Shown here one piece after another: positions 18,674-28,750 of a DNA stretch of 64,000 nucleotides. Source of the stretch: Candidatus Marinacidobacterales bacterium (lineage in GTDB: Bacteria > Acidobacteriota > Vicinamibacteria > Marinacidobacterales > DATDRI01); contig OZ245365.1 of the NCBI GenBank assembly GCA_965226495.1, positions 3,267,516 through 3,331,515 on the forward strand, read 5' to 3'. The notes under the pieces were generated by a model that worked only from the letters and a program-made list of their open reading frames with translations, did no database searches and was not told where the DNA came from. Both the position numbers and the translations under genes were made by a program. Positions within the stretch are counted from its first letter, which is position 1. The number at the start of each line of letters is the position of its first letter.

Positions 18674-18703
18674 TTGCGTGACGTCTCGAGCGAACACTAT
18701 AAT
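18674..18703 (+). promoter_or_regulatory. putative sigma-70 promoter for the CadC-like regulator
   Basis: TTGCGT-N18-TATAAT, 23 nt upstream of the 18727 start. Confidence 0.35.
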
Positions 18704-18726
18704 CAGCTCGAAATCCGGGCCAGGCC

Positions 18727-20601
18727 ATGTCGACGTTTCAATCGTCCAACTCCATCCGATTTGGGAACTTTGAAGTCGATCCCCGCGCTGGAGAGCTAAG
18801 GAAGAACGGACGGCCGGTTAAGCTCCAGGAACAACCCCTCCAGCTCTTGCTCTTGCTTCTTGAGCATCCTGGCGAAGTCGTAACCCAGGAAGAAGCGCGA
18901 AATACTCTCTGGAGAGAGGATACTTTCGTCGACTTTGAACATGGTCTCGGCGCCGCACTGAACCGTTTGCGCGCCGCCCTGGGTGACTCCGCGAGTAATC
19001 CTCGTTTCATCGAAACGCTGCCTCGCCACGGATATCGGTTCATCGCGCCCGTAGCGGCAGGCTCGCCGAACGAACCGGAATCCGTGGCGGTGAGTCCGCC
19101 GACGAAACCTGTCGCCTTTAGATATGGCGGCTGGGTGGTCGCTTTCGGGGCGTTGATGCTCTCGATCTATCTGCTGAGAGAGCGTGTTCCGGCACCAACA
19201 AGCGCCGGCGCGGACACGAATATGCTCGTCGTGCTTCCCTTCGACAACTTGAGCGGCGACCCGGAGCAAGAGTATTTCAGCGACGGCCTGACCGAGGAGA
19301 TCATCACCCACGTGGGCCAACTTAGCTTTGAACGACTCGGCGTCATTGCCCGCACGTCGAGCATGACATACAAGAACACGACACAGACGATCGAGCAGAT
19401 AGGGCAGGATCTCGGCGTGAACTACGTGCTCGAGGGAAGTGTGCGGCGTGAGGGCGGACGCGTCCGGATTACCGCCCAGCTCATCTCCGTGAGCGATCAA
19501 ACCCATGTTTGGGCAGAGAGCTACGACCGCGAGCTCCAAGGGATTCTTGCCTTGCAAAGCGACGTTTCCCGGCAGGTCGCCAAGGCCGTGGCCGGCGAGC
19601 TTGGGCTTGCGAACGACCCGGTGGTTGCCCCAGAACTGGCGCACACGGACGCTTATGACGCGTACCTCAAAGGTCGTTTCTACTGGAACAAGCGCGATGC
19701 CCAGGGCTTCCAGAAAGCCATCGAGTACTTCCAAGAGGCCATCGACATCGACCCGCGTTTCGCGCCTGCATACGCGGGGCTGGCTGACTGCTACGCGCTG
19801 CTAAGCGTCTCCTTTGACCTGCTACCTCCGGGAGAGGCGCAGTCCAAAGCGAGGACGATGGCCAGAAAAGCACTGGAAATCGACCCCAACCTGGCCGAAG
19901 CCTATGCTTCCCTGGGACTCGTACGGCACGGTTACGATTGGGACTGGGCGGGCGCATCCGAAGCGTTCCAGCGCGCCATCGAACTCAACCCAAGCTATGC
20001 GACCGCATACCACTGGCACGCACTTCATCTGGCAGGCATGGGTCGGTTCGAGCAAGCGCTCGATGAAATGAGACGAGCCCGGGCTCTGGATCCTCTCTCT
20101 CTGATCATCAACACTGACCTAGGGAGGGTGCTCTATACCGCGCGCCGGTACGACGAGGCCACAAAACAGTTGCAAGAAACCCTGGGTTTGGACCCGCACT
20201 TCGTGCCGGCGCGCATCTGGCTGTCTAGCGTATACCTGCAGAGAAAAATGTTCGAAGAGGCCATCGAAGTCTCCCGGACGGTAGCTACCATCGAGAACGG
20301 TGGACCGACGGCACTCGCCCTGCTCGGCGCCAGTTATGCCGCGGCGGGAAAGACAACCGACGCCATGGAAATTCTCCAGACGCTAAAACAGTTGTCCAAC
20401 CAGCGCCACGTGTCACCAGCAAGCATCGCGCTCGTGTACGCGAACCTTGGCGACCCCGATGAGGCGTTTGCCTGGCTGGAGAAGGCTTTCGGGCAACGTT
20501 CCGGCTCCCTCCGACTGCTCAAGGTGGATCCCGTATTCGATCCCCTTCGCTCCGATCCGCGTTTTCAGGGTCTGCTTACACGCATGAACTTCCCGGAGTG
20601 A
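18727..20601 (+). CDS. CadC/OmpR-type winged-helix transcriptional regulator fused to a TM segment and TPR repeats
   Basis: N-terminal trans_reg_C-like segment (FEVDPRAGELRKNGRPVKLQEQPLQLLLLLLEHPGEVVT...LPRHGYRF). Hydrophobic segment. C-terminal TPR-like repeats. Confidence 0.8.
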   Translation: MSTFQSSNSIRFGNFEVDPRAGELRKNGRPVKLQEQPLQLLLLLLEHPGEVVTQEEARNTLWREDTFVDFEHGLGAALNRLRAALGDSASNPRFIETLPRHGYRFIAPVAAGSPNEPESVAVSPPTKPVAFRYGGWVVAFGALMLSIYLLRERVPAPTSAGADTNMLVVLPFDNLSGDPEQEYFSDGLTEEIITHVGQLSFERLGVIARTSSMTYKNTTQTIEQIGQDLGVNYVLEGSVRREGGRVRITAQLISVSDQTHVWAESYDRELQGILALQSDVSRQVAKAVAGELGLANDPVVAPELAHTDAYDAYLKGRFYWNKRDAQGFQKAIEYFQEAIDIDPRFAPAYAGLADCYALLSVSFDLLPPGEAQSKARTMARKALEIDPNLAEAYASLGLVRHGYDWDWAGASEAFQRAIELNPSYATAYHWHALHLAGMGRFEQALDEMRRARALDPLSLIINTDLGRVLYTARRYDEATKQLQETLGLDPHFVPARIWLSSVYLQRKMFEEAIEVSRTVATIENGGPTALALLGASYAAAGKTTDAMEILQTLKQLSNQRHVSPASIALVYANLGDPDEAFAWLEKAFGQRSGSLRLLKVDPVFDPLRSDPRFQGLLTRMNFPE

Positions 20602-20620
20602 ATCGTCGCTCGTAAAGGAA

Positions 20621-20658
20621 GCGCCCTGGGAGCCGCCGACAAGCCGCTCCCAGGGCGC
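20621..20658. terminator. bidirectional terminator-like hairpin between convergent genes
   Basis: Perfect 13-bp inverted repeat gcgccctgggagc / gctcccagggcgc with a 12-nt loop. The U-tracts are weak. Confidence 0.45.
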
Positions 20659-20675
20659 CCGGGCAGGCAAGCAAA

Positions 20676-21212
20676 CTAGCTCTCTTCCACGATATCCGGC
20701 TTCAGGGTGCCAATGATCTCGAGAAGCTCTGATTTCTCGGCGGCAGGAACTTTGAATTTATCCAAGGTGTCAACCAAGTGTTGCACCACGATGTTGAATT
20801 CCTTTTCAGTGATGCCGAGTCCACCATGAATGGTCTTGGCTGGCCGGCTGATGATCTTGCAGGGGCCCCCGGTGACGTTGCAGACCAAATTCTTGTTCTT
20901 CTGCCTGAACTGCTGCCTTGTATCATCGCCCATGCCCCTGAAAAACTGGGCAATGCGAGGATCAACAAACAACTTTCCCGCGAAGTCGTCGACCACGGCA
21001 GAAATCGCATCGTACCCGCCGAGCCGCTCGTATAACGATTTTCCCTCATCTGATTCATCTGGAGCCGACGAGCTCTCGACCGCAGACTCCAACAATGGGA
21101 GGCTGCCTTCGACAAGCGACGGCGGAGTCACAAGCAATACGGTTGCTAAGAAGAGCCCCTCACCCAGAAGAAAACTCCTCGTTCTTCTCCAATTTCCTAT
21201 TGCAAACATCAC
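20676..21212 (-). CDS. truncated haemoglobin (2/2 Hb, group I-like) with N-terminal signal peptide
   Basis: LYERLGGYDAISAVVDDFAGKLFVDPRIAQFF...HGGLGITEKEFNIVVQHLVDTL...LKPDIVE matches the trHbN consensus. Confidence 0.85.
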   Translation of the reverse strand: MMFAIGNWRRTRSFLLGEGLFLATVLLVTPPSLVEGSLPLLESAVESSSAPDESDEGKSLYERLGGYDAISAVVDDFAGKLFVDPRIAQFFRGMGDDTRQQFRQKNKNLVCNVTGGPCKIISRPAKTIHGGLGITEKEFNIVVQHLVDTLDKFKVPAAEKSELLEIIGTLKPDIVEES

Positions 21213-21359
21213 AATCCTCCTTTTTAGGTTCGTGCCCTTCGGCGATCGTTCACCTGGGACAACGCACGTTCAGAGGCCTAGTCCATCTATGAGGCGTTTC
21301 GTTACAAGGTGAAACCTGGGATGTAACGTTTCAACCTACGGGAGGACTATTTCTATGCC

Positions 21360-22568
21360 ATGCCGGAAATGAAAGGAAAAGAGCTTCGACTGCTTGGCGC
21401 AAGCTACTGTACGGCGCCGGTCGAGGTGAGGGAGTCTCTCGGCCACTTCGTCGCCGAGACTAAAGCGCGCTTGCTGCCGAACGAACCAGAAGAGTTGGAG
21501 CTCGTCGTCCTTTCTACCTGCAATCGCATTGAGATTTACACTTGGGCCCCGATACAGGCTGACTACCTGGACCAATGGTTTCGACAGATTGCCGATAGCA
21601 TTCGGCCCGGCGGCGCCTTTTCGAACGAAACGCTATATCACCATCGAGGCGAGTCAGCGGCGCGGCATCTGTTCCGAGTCGCTTGCGGGCTGGACTCGGC
21701 GGTCCTGGGTGATGTGCAGATACTGTCGCAGATCAAGCAGGCCCGGACGGCCGCGAAGGAGGCGCGAAGGCTTGGCATCTTCCTGGAACAGATCTTTCGG
21801 GTGGCCATCCAAGCGGGAAAACGGGCAAGACACGAAACCGAGATCGGGTATGGTGCGGCCAGCGTGGGTTCCGCCCTCGCCAGCATGCTCCGCCACCGCT
21901 CGAACTCCGGTTCTTTTCGCATCCTCCTTATCGGAGCCGGTAACGCCGCTCGCAACATTGGTCTGCACCTTGCCAAATCCGAGCTAGGCTCCATTGTATG
22001 CATCAACCGCACCCGCCACAAAGCGAACGAGCTTGCCCTTCAGTTGGGGGGAAAGTCCCGGGCCTGGGACGAGCTCGAACCAGCGTTGCTCGAAAGCGAC
22101 CTTGTCATTGCCGCGACATCGGCCGCCGAGCCCGTCCTTCAGAAAAACGACCTTGAGGAATTAGCCCGCCGGCGGCGCGGCGCGCCCATTTTGATCGTCG
22201 ACGCTGGCCTTCCCAGAAATGTGGAACCTGGCTCTCCTTTGGACGTGATTGGGATCGATGAAGTCCGTGAGCGGCAGGAACAGGTTATGGCAAGGCGTCG
22301 GGCTTCGGTGCCATCGGTGGAGCGAATCGTTCAGGACGCGGTCGAGGAGTGGCGACACTGGGTTGTTTCTAGGCCCATAGAGGAAATCGTTCGATCCCTG
22401 TTTCAAGAAGTGCCCAGCTACACAAGACAGGCGGCAGCCAGCCTCGTCGACGGCAAAGTACTGACGCCGGAAAAAGCAGAACGAATCCTCGAGAAGTCTG
22501 TTCGGCAACTCCTCCATGACCACGTCCGCCGCCTGCGCACCCTCGCCGTCCCGGGCCAGTCGCACTAA
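21360..22568 (+). CDS. hemA: glutamyl-tRNA reductase
   Basis: LSTCNRIEIY catalytic-Cys motif. NADP-binding LLIGAGNAARNIGLHL. Confidence 0.9.
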   Translation: MPEMKGKELRLLGASYCTAPVEVRESLGHFVAETKARLLPNEPEELELVVLSTCNRIEIYTWAPIQADYLDQWFRQIADSIRPGGAFSNETLYHHRGESAARHLFRVACGLDSAVLGDVQILSQIKQARTAAKEARRLGIFLEQIFRVAIQAGKRARHETEIGYGAASVGSALASMLRHRSNSGSFRILLIGAGNAARNIGLHLAKSELGSIVCINRTRHKANELALQLGGKSRAWDELEPALLESDLVIAATSAAEPVLQKNDLEELARRRRGAPILIVDAGLPRNVEPGSPLDVIGIDEVRERQEQVMARRRASVPSVERIVQDAVEEWRHWVVSRPIEEIVRSLFQEVPSYTRQAAASLVDGKVLTPEKAERILEKSVRQLLHDHVRRLRTLAVPGQSH

Positions 22569-22781
22569 CTCGAACAACTCTTCATCCCAAGTAGCGACGG
22601 CAACATCCGCTTAATGACTTAGCGAACCCTCACCCGCCGTCTGGCCACGTTCTTGTTCGGCACGGAGCATTTTGACGGCCACAGGCTTCCAAGGGGGAGA
22701 GGGAATGACGGAAGGAAGCCATCGTCCATTTCTCGTAGACCACAATCTGCTTGGCCATTCCATCACCACCCAAACCCGCCT

Positions 22782-23792
22782 CTACTTGTGAGAAATGATG
22801 ACCGCTTCGGTCATTCCGGGAGCGGGATGGATTTCGTGTTTCGAAAAGCCGGCTTCCTCGAACATCTGTTTGTATTGTGCGAAGGTGTAAGCATCCCCTC
22901 TCGGCGTGGAACACAGCATGGTGAGGGAGAACATGGCGGCGTCCGGAGGTGACACGCGGTCATCGTTGGGCACGAACTCCAAGGTCATTGCCCGTCCACC
23001 CGGCTTGAGGGCACCGTACACCCTCCTCGCCAACTCGGTGCACGTCGGTACGTCGAAATGGTGGAAGAAGTTGGTAAGCAAGACGAGGTCATAATCTGTC
23101 CCGTAATCGACCTCGAACGCGCTTCCGGGCTTGAGATGATGCCGATCTGCCACGCCCGCCGCCTGCGCATTCTCCGTTGCGACCTCTAAAACGGCGGGCC
23201 AATCGACCGCAAAGATCTCCGCCTCAGGGTTTTTCTGTGCCACGTGGATTCCGAAGAGGCCATGCCCCGCCGCGATGTCCAGCACTTTGATCGGCCCTTG
23301 AGCCGGCCCGACGAGCTCGGCGATGAACTGCGCCGAAGGAGCGACCAGAGGAGCCATCCCCCGCGCAAACTCGATCCATAGCGGGTTCTCGGCGGTCACC
23401 GATCCGTCTTCCTCCATAAGCGTGCCGCCCTTCCGAACGGTCCCGGCAACATTCCGAAACGCATCGGCCAGGTCTGGTGCCAAGAGAAAACGAGTTGCCA
23501 CACCGATATAAGCGGGCGAGCTCTTGTCGAGAAAAAGGGCGGTGTCGGGAGTCAGGCCATAGCTGTGATCGGCCTTCGTCAAGAACCCGGCGACCACGAG
23601 ATAGTCGCAGAGAATACGCACTCCTCGCTCGGTGGCGTCGAGCCGCTTGGCCAATGCATCAGCGGTGGTCGCTCCCTTAGCGATCTCGGTGAACAGACCC
23701 AGGTCGATCGCCCCCCTCAATGCCTCAGTGCGTTGGTATGCGTTGATGGTGTTAAAGATAAGCTCTGGCGACGGTGCTTTGCTCTTACTCAT
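22782..23792 (-). CDS. class I SAM-dependent O-methyltransferase (family 2)
   Basis: N-terminal dimerisation/winged-helix part. VLDIAAGHGLFGI motif I. Confidence 0.8.
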   Translation of the reverse strand: MSKSKAPSPELIFNTINAYQRTEALRGAIDLGLFTEIAKGATTADALAKRLDATERGVRILCDYLVVAGFLTKADHSYGLTPDTALFLDKSSPAYIGVATRFLLAPDLADAFRNVAGTVRKGGTLMEEDGSVTAENPLWIEFARGMAPLVAPSAQFIAELVGPAQGPIKVLDIAAGHGLFGIHVAQKNPEAEIFAVDWPAVLEVATENAQAAGVADRHHLKPGSAFEVDYGTDYDLVLLTNFFHHFDVPTCTELARRVYGALKPGGRAMTLEFVPNDDRVSPPDAAMFSLTMLCSTPRGDAYTFAQYKQMFEEAGFSKHEIHPAPGMTEAVIISHK

Positions 23793-23807
23793 AAAAGCCT
23801 CACGGGT

Positions 23808-24896
23808 TTATGCTGGTAAGAAGTAGAACGCGATGGCGAGCATCACGTAGACGGCGAGCATTTGCACGCCTTCCATCCAATGGGTCAGGCCGTCCTGGCT
23901 AACGACGACGATGACTCCCACTGCCATAGCGATTGCCACGACCTCCATCGTTGTAAACCTCAGGTCGATGGGCCCCGGACCCACCGCATAACTAATGAAA
24001 ACGAGCAGCGGTGCCGCAAAGAGAGCGATTTGTATCGAGGAGCCCACCGCGATGTTGATGGTTAGATCCATCTTGTTCTTGAGAGCCATGAGCACCGCGG
24101 TGGAATGCTCGGCCGCGTTTCCAATCACCGCGACCAAAACGACGCCGATGAAGACTTCTGTCATGCCCAACACATGGGCCGCTGCTTCCACCGACCCGAT
24201 GAGAAGCTCGCTCATGACAGCAACCGACGACGCCGCGCCCAACAAGACGAGAAGCGAAGTACGTTTTGACCAGATTGGCCCCTCGGACTCTTCGTCCCCC
24301 GAATGCGCTCCTCCCACATAGAGGTGGGAGTGCGTTTTGAATGTGAAAACGAGAGAAACGAGGTAGGTGGCCATAAGAACTATGGCGATCATGAGACTCA
24401 TCTCTTGCTCGCTCCGCAGCGCGCTGTCGCCCGCAACCATGTGAAAGATCGCCGGGATGGTGAGACCGATAGCGCTCAGGAGAAGCATGGTGGAACCATG
24501 CCCCGCTGCGATTGGATTGAAGGTTTGTCTTTGGAACCGGAGACCACCCAAGAAAGCAGAGAGCCCGAAGACGAGCAGGATGTTGCCGATGATGGAACCG
24601 GTTATCGACGCTTTGACCAGATCGTGTAGTCCGGCCCGCAGGGCAAGAATAGCAATGATCAACTCTGCCGCGTTGCCGAACGTTGCGTTCAGAAAGGCCC
24701 CCATTCCCTGCCCGACTCGCTCCGCCAAGTGCTCGGTCGCTTTCCCCATGAGACCGGCCAGAGGAATGATGGCCAAGCCGGAGGTGATGAATACCGGCAA
24801 CCCCCCTTGATGAAACACGTACTCGAGCAGGAAAGAAATGGGAACGAAGACAAGCAGGAGAAGGAGAATGTTTTCGACTGTGAAGAGTTTCTTCAT
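23808..24896 (-). CDS. Ca2+/H+ antiporter (CaCA family, ChaA-like)
   Basis: Two alpha-repeat GNAAE(L/H) motifs: [13 protein letters not shown] and [13 protein letters not shown]. 11 or so TM segments. Confidence 0.85.
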   Translation of the reverse strand: MKKLFTVENILLLLLVFVPISFLLEYVFHQGGLPVFITSGLAIIPLAGLMGKATEHLAERVGQGMGAFLNATFGNAAELIIAILALRAGLHDLVKASITGSIIGNILLVFGLSAFLGGLRFQRQTFNPIAAGHGSTMLLLSAIGLTIPAIFHMVAGDSALRSEQEMSLMIAIVLMATYLVSLVFTFKTHSHLYVGGAHSGDEESEGPIWSKRTSLLVLLGAASSVAVMSELLIGSVEAAAHVLGMTEVFIGVVLVAVIGNAAEHSTAVLMALKNKMDLTINIAVGSSIQIALFAAPLLVFISYAVGPGPIDLRFTTMEVVAIAMAVGVIVVVSQDGLTHWMEGVQMLAVYVMLAIAFYFLPA

Positions 24897-25020
24897 GCGC
24901 TGACCCGAAACAGGCGGGGATGTTACCCCGCACTCATATGATCTGGCAACCTAAGAGAGACCAATGTCAAACAAAAACCCGGGAGTGAGTTGCCTGACCA
25001 GGAAAGCGTTCTTGTGATGG

Positions 25021-25543
25021 CTACGCCCCCAGCCTGGCATCCAGCCACGATAGCACCTCGCTCGCCATTCCGACCCGATTCTTCCGGGTCACCTCCCAGA
25101 GCTCAATATCTGCTCTTTCTTTCACCGCCTCAATGAAGCCACTTCCCTTTCGCGCCACCGTAGCAACTAACAGTTGTCGGGAATCGAGCAGCGCCGAGAC
25201 GGCCTCGACGAAACGCTGCGAGAAGCATTCCATCTTGCCGATCTCGTCGACGATGAAGAGGGCCGGAGTCGGCCGGGATGAGCGTGGACTCGACGACCCG
25301 TTCGAGCGCCGCGACCTCCATCCCGTAACGGCCCACGCGTTGAGGTGAGGTCGAGTCGACGTGCGCCAGAACCGCCCCGTCACCCTCAAAGGGTGCAAGA
25401 CGAAATCCCGCACGCTCCTTGTCCCGGCGGATCTCGTCGGTGAGAAACCCCCGGAGCTTCGTCGTTGGGAGGCTGGCCACGACCTTCCGGAGAATGGTCG
25501 TCTTCCCGATACCGGGCGAGCCGGTCAAGAGCAGAGCGTTCAC
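25021..25543 (-). pseudogene. nucleoside-triphosphatase THEP1-family gene carrying a 1-nt frameshift
   Basis: N-part LLLTGSPGIGKTTILRKV (Walker A) is in one frame. The Walker B part LFIVDEIGKMECF...LLVATVARKGS is in the +1 frame. The two meet at about 25265-25280 (tccggccctcttc). Confidence 0.65.
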
Positions 25544-26565
25544 TCTGGAGATTCTGGGGATTCCTTGTTTTCCGATTCACCGGGTGACGCGGCAGGCGCA
25601 ACAGGCGCGGACTCTTCGGCTCTGGCCACGCCTTGGTACATAGCCAACTGACCTCCGTAGAATGACAACCGAACGACCAGCTTCGCGACCAAGTAGGCCT
25701 GGCCGATCACGAAAGCAAGTACGACCCCGGTCATAGTGGACTGCCCCGCGCCGGGAGCCGCCAACGAGTACAGGCCGAGTAGAACAATCGCCAGGATACC
25801 TAGCCCATAGTAGAGCCCGAACGTCTTCGCCGGGTGAGAAAGGACGAACACAAAGCCTCGCAGCGCCGCGAGGACCATGCTGCTCCGATCCTCCACAAAA
25901 GTGGCGATCTTCGCGTAGTCGAATGCCATGTTAACCAGTGTGAGAAGAAACAGTACCGCGGCCGTTCCCAGTAGCACGACCATCAGGACGGTTCCTTCCA
26001 CCGTCACATCCCGAGTCCAGTAATCGATTCGCCGAAAGAGCCAGCCCGCGAATCGGTAGACGAGGTAGTAGAGCACGCCGGCGAGGACGATCAGACGGAG
26101 GAAACGGAAGAAAAACCGCCCACCAGACGAGAAAAACCGGCTCAGGCCGAAGAAGCCTTCCGGTTTGGAGAACCGGTCCAGGATGCCTCCGACAAAGAGC
26201 GCCCACACGAGGGCGTACAGAACCCCCAGACCAACGACACCCGGGAACTGCTGGAAGAGACCTCCGAAGAGCCAGCTTTCTACGTTGTTGTAGAAGGCTC
26301 CCGCCCCGACGACGGTTGGAGTGAAGGTACGCGGAAGTCCCACCGCATCTTCCCGAAACTCTCCATACCAACCCATATCGAAACCGGTTGCCAACTCTTC
26401 GTGCACCAGGCTCGAACCGATCGATGAGCGGATCGACTCCGACACAACGACTCCGGCGGGAAGAGCGACCGCGAAGTTGACCAGCCACAACCAAATGACC
26501 AAGCCGGGAGATTCGATGGCACGCCACAAACCGACAAAGATGGCTCTTAGTACGGACATCATCAT
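25540..26565 (-). CDS. hypothetical polytopic membrane protein
   Basis: Multiple hydrophobic segments. Acidic C-terminal tail. A 4-nt overlap with the downstream NTPase gene. Confidence 0.5.
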   Translation of the reverse strand: MMMSVLRAIFVGLWRAIESPGLVIWLWLVNFAVALPAGVVVSESIRSSIGSSLVHEELATGFDMGWYGEFREDAVGLPRTFTPTVVGAGAFYNNVESWLFGGLFQQFPGVVGLGVLYALVWALFVGGILDRFSKPEGFFGLSRFFSSGGRFFFRFLRLIVLAGVLYYLVYRFAGWLFRRIDYWTRDVTVEGTVLMVVLLGTAAVLFLLTLVNMAFDYAKIATFVEDRSSMVLAALRGFVFVLSHPAKTFGLYYGLGILAIVLLGLYSLAAPGAGQSTMTGVVLAFVIGQAYLVAKLVVRLSFYGGQLAMYQGVARAEESAPVAPAASPGESENKESPESPE

Positions 26566-26577
26566 CCCTCCCCTCGG

Positions 26578-28629
26578 TTACACGAAGAACGCGAACGTGG
26601 CCAACGCATCCTGAAACCAAATCATCCACTTCGAAGCCCACTTTCGCGACGGAAACTTGGACGCCGGCTTCAGGAGCTGCGAATTATTGGTGTAGTACAG
26701 ATCCAAAACTAACTTCCGTTCCGGATCGACGACCGCGTACTTGAGTTGCGCCGGCCGTTCCTCGACATAAAGCTCCCAACGCGAGGCGCCGTCCCACTCC
26801 TTGCGAACCTCGGTTCCATCGTCGAAGACCATCAGGACCTCGACCGGGAAGATCGCACTACCGTTCCGGCGAACCACAACCTCGGTGCGATACAGCTTAC
26901 CCTCACCATCCGGCTCGGAGTAGATGAGCTTGCCCTCTTTCTCGAGGAATCCTTTGACACTTATTGGATCGCTCGCCACCGATTGAACGGCGTAGTCAAA
27001 GGTCTCCGAGCCCCCATGCACCTGGTCGAAGAACCAAGCGAGGTCGCTCTCCGTGACCTCGTTGGCGACGTCGAAGAAGTCTTGCGGCCGGGGGTGCCGA
27101 AAGCGGAAACGCGCAAAAAAGGTGGACATAATCTCTTGGAGCGTGTCCCAACCCAAATAGCGCTCGAGCGTGAGAAGCCAAAGTGCCGTCTTGTTGTAGC
27201 TCATCGCGCTGGACGATGAGGGAAAGTACTTGAACGTCGGTGTCGATTGGAAGTCCGCCGTCGCCACCGAGCGATAGCCGTCGAGTCGACTGCCCCCCAC
27301 CCGGGTACGCTTGATGTCCCTGAAGAGAACGGGGAGAAATCCACCGCGGATCCGCATCCCGGGAGGCCTCAGGTAACGCTGCACCAGCAGGCTGTCGCCG
27401 AAAGTGACCTCCATGGTGCGAGCGGTGGAGAACGTGTTGAACCCTTCGTCCAACCACGCGAACTCGAACTCGTTGTTACCTACTAACCCATACCAGAACT
27501 GATGACCGGCCTCGTGCACCGTGACTCCCTCCGGCGACCCGCCCCCAAAGGGATTGAAGAGGCGCGTGCCGCAAGTGAAGAGGGTTGGATACTCCATCCC
27601 ACCCGCCCCGGAGCCGAACGCGGGATCGACCACGGTGATGTGGTCATAAGGATAGGGCCCGAACCACTTGCCGTAATTGAGAAGCGCGGCGGCGGTCGCT
27701 TCGAAATGCCGCTCGGCCTGCTCGAGGTGCTCGGGCTGGAGGAGTAGTCTCATGTCCACCGATGGCAGCCCCGGCTCCTCGAAACGTGACTCCCGCACCT
27801 GGTACTTGGGACTGGTGGTCCAAGTGAAATCGTGGACGTCCTCTTGCCGGTATCGGTGTGTCACCGTCTCGTCCGGATTGACTTCCAGATCCACTTCTTT
27901 CCCGGTCGCTCCTAGGACATACGCCTTCGGCACGGTCATACTGACGTCGTAGACTCCGTAGTCCGAGAAGAACTCGGTGGCGGCGTGGAACTGATGATTG
28001 TTCCAACCTTCTTCCTCGAACACACCGAGCTTGGGAAACCAATGTGCGAGAAAGAAGAAGTCTCCTCGGAAACCCGTGCGGCGGAACGTGCGCGGAATCT
28101 TCGAGCGCCAGGCTACCTCGATCTGAATGGCCTCGTCCGGCCCCACCGGGGTCGGGAGCGGCACCACCAGAACCGTGCGATCCTCAGGATTCCCATCGTC
28201 CGGCGACGCGTAGCGCATCACGCCAGTGAGATCGTTCCCGGAGTAGCCCATCCCGGGCAACAGTTTGATGGAGTTAACCTCCACGTAGCCCCAATCGCCT
28301 TCTTCGATTCGGAGATCATCCGGCAAGCGCCCGCGTAGCCGGCTTTCTAGAAGCCATGTGCTTCGGTTGTTCCTCCAGGCGTTCCAATAGAGATGGAACC
28401 AGAGCTCGTCGGTGGGTTGCTCTTGGACGTTGGTCCAGGTGATCGTCTCTCGTCCCGTTAGCACCTTGCTCTCCGGATCCAACGTGACTTCGATCCGGTA
28501 GTTCGCGTTGCGAGTCGTTGCGTCGTCCGTCTCGACCAGCTCTTCCTGCGCTAAGAGGAGTGAAACTGACGACAATCCGAGCGCTGCGACCCAGGCCGAG
28601 CATCGGAGAAGGGAAATGAGACGCTTCAT
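26578..28629 (-). CDS. secreted M1-family (aminopeptidase N-like) zinc metallopeptidase
   Basis: HEAGHQFWYG...(18 aa)...WLDEGF gluzincin HEXXH-18-E. GGMEYP exopeptidase-like motif. Signal peptide. Confidence 0.75.
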   Translation of the reverse strand: MKRLISLLRCSAWVAALGLSSVSLLLAQEELVETDDATTRNANYRIEVTLDPESKVLTGRETITWTNVQEQPTDELWFHLYWNAWRNNRSTWLLESRLRGRLPDDLRIEEGDWGYVEVNSIKLLPGMGYSGNDLTGVMRYASPDDGNPEDRTVLVVPLPTPVGPDEAIQIEVAWRSKIPRTFRRTGFRGDFFFLAHWFPKLGVFEEEGWNNHQFHAATEFFSDYGVYDVSMTVPKAYVLGATGKEVDLEVNPDETVTHRYRQEDVHDFTWTTSPKYQVRESRFEEPGLPSVDMRLLLQPEHLEQAERHFEATAAALLNYGKWFGPYPYDHITVVDPAFGSGAGGMEYPTLFTCGTRLFNPFGGGSPEGVTVHEAGHQFWYGLVGNNEFEFAWLDEGFNTFSTARTMEVTFGDSLLVQRYLRPPGMRIRGGFLPVLFRDIKRTRVGGSRLDGYRSVATADFQSTPTFKYFPSSSSAMSYNKTALWLLTLERYLGWDTLQEIMSTFFARFRFRHPRPQDFFDVANEVTESDLAWFFDQVHGGSETFDYAVQSVASDPISVKGFLEKEGKLIYSEPDGEGKLYRTEVVVRRNGSAIFPVEVLMVFDDGTEVRKEWDGASRWELYVEERPAQLKYAVVDPERKLVLDLYYTNNSQLLKPASKFPSRKWASKWMIWFQDALATFAFFV

Positions 28630-28750
28630 GAAGGCCTCCTGCCAAACGACATTTTCAAAAAGACAAATCCGAAAAACGCGTGATTATAAGACTCTCCGTT
28701 GCTGGTTTCAAACCGCGGTATACTCTTCGCACCTGCCTAGGAGGATCGCC

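Noticed and set aside
20676-21212. Tat (twin-arginine) signal in the truncated haemoglobin (NWRRTRSFLL)
   Set aside because: Spacing and residues do not fit S/T-R-R-x-F-L-K. A Sec-type signal is more likely.
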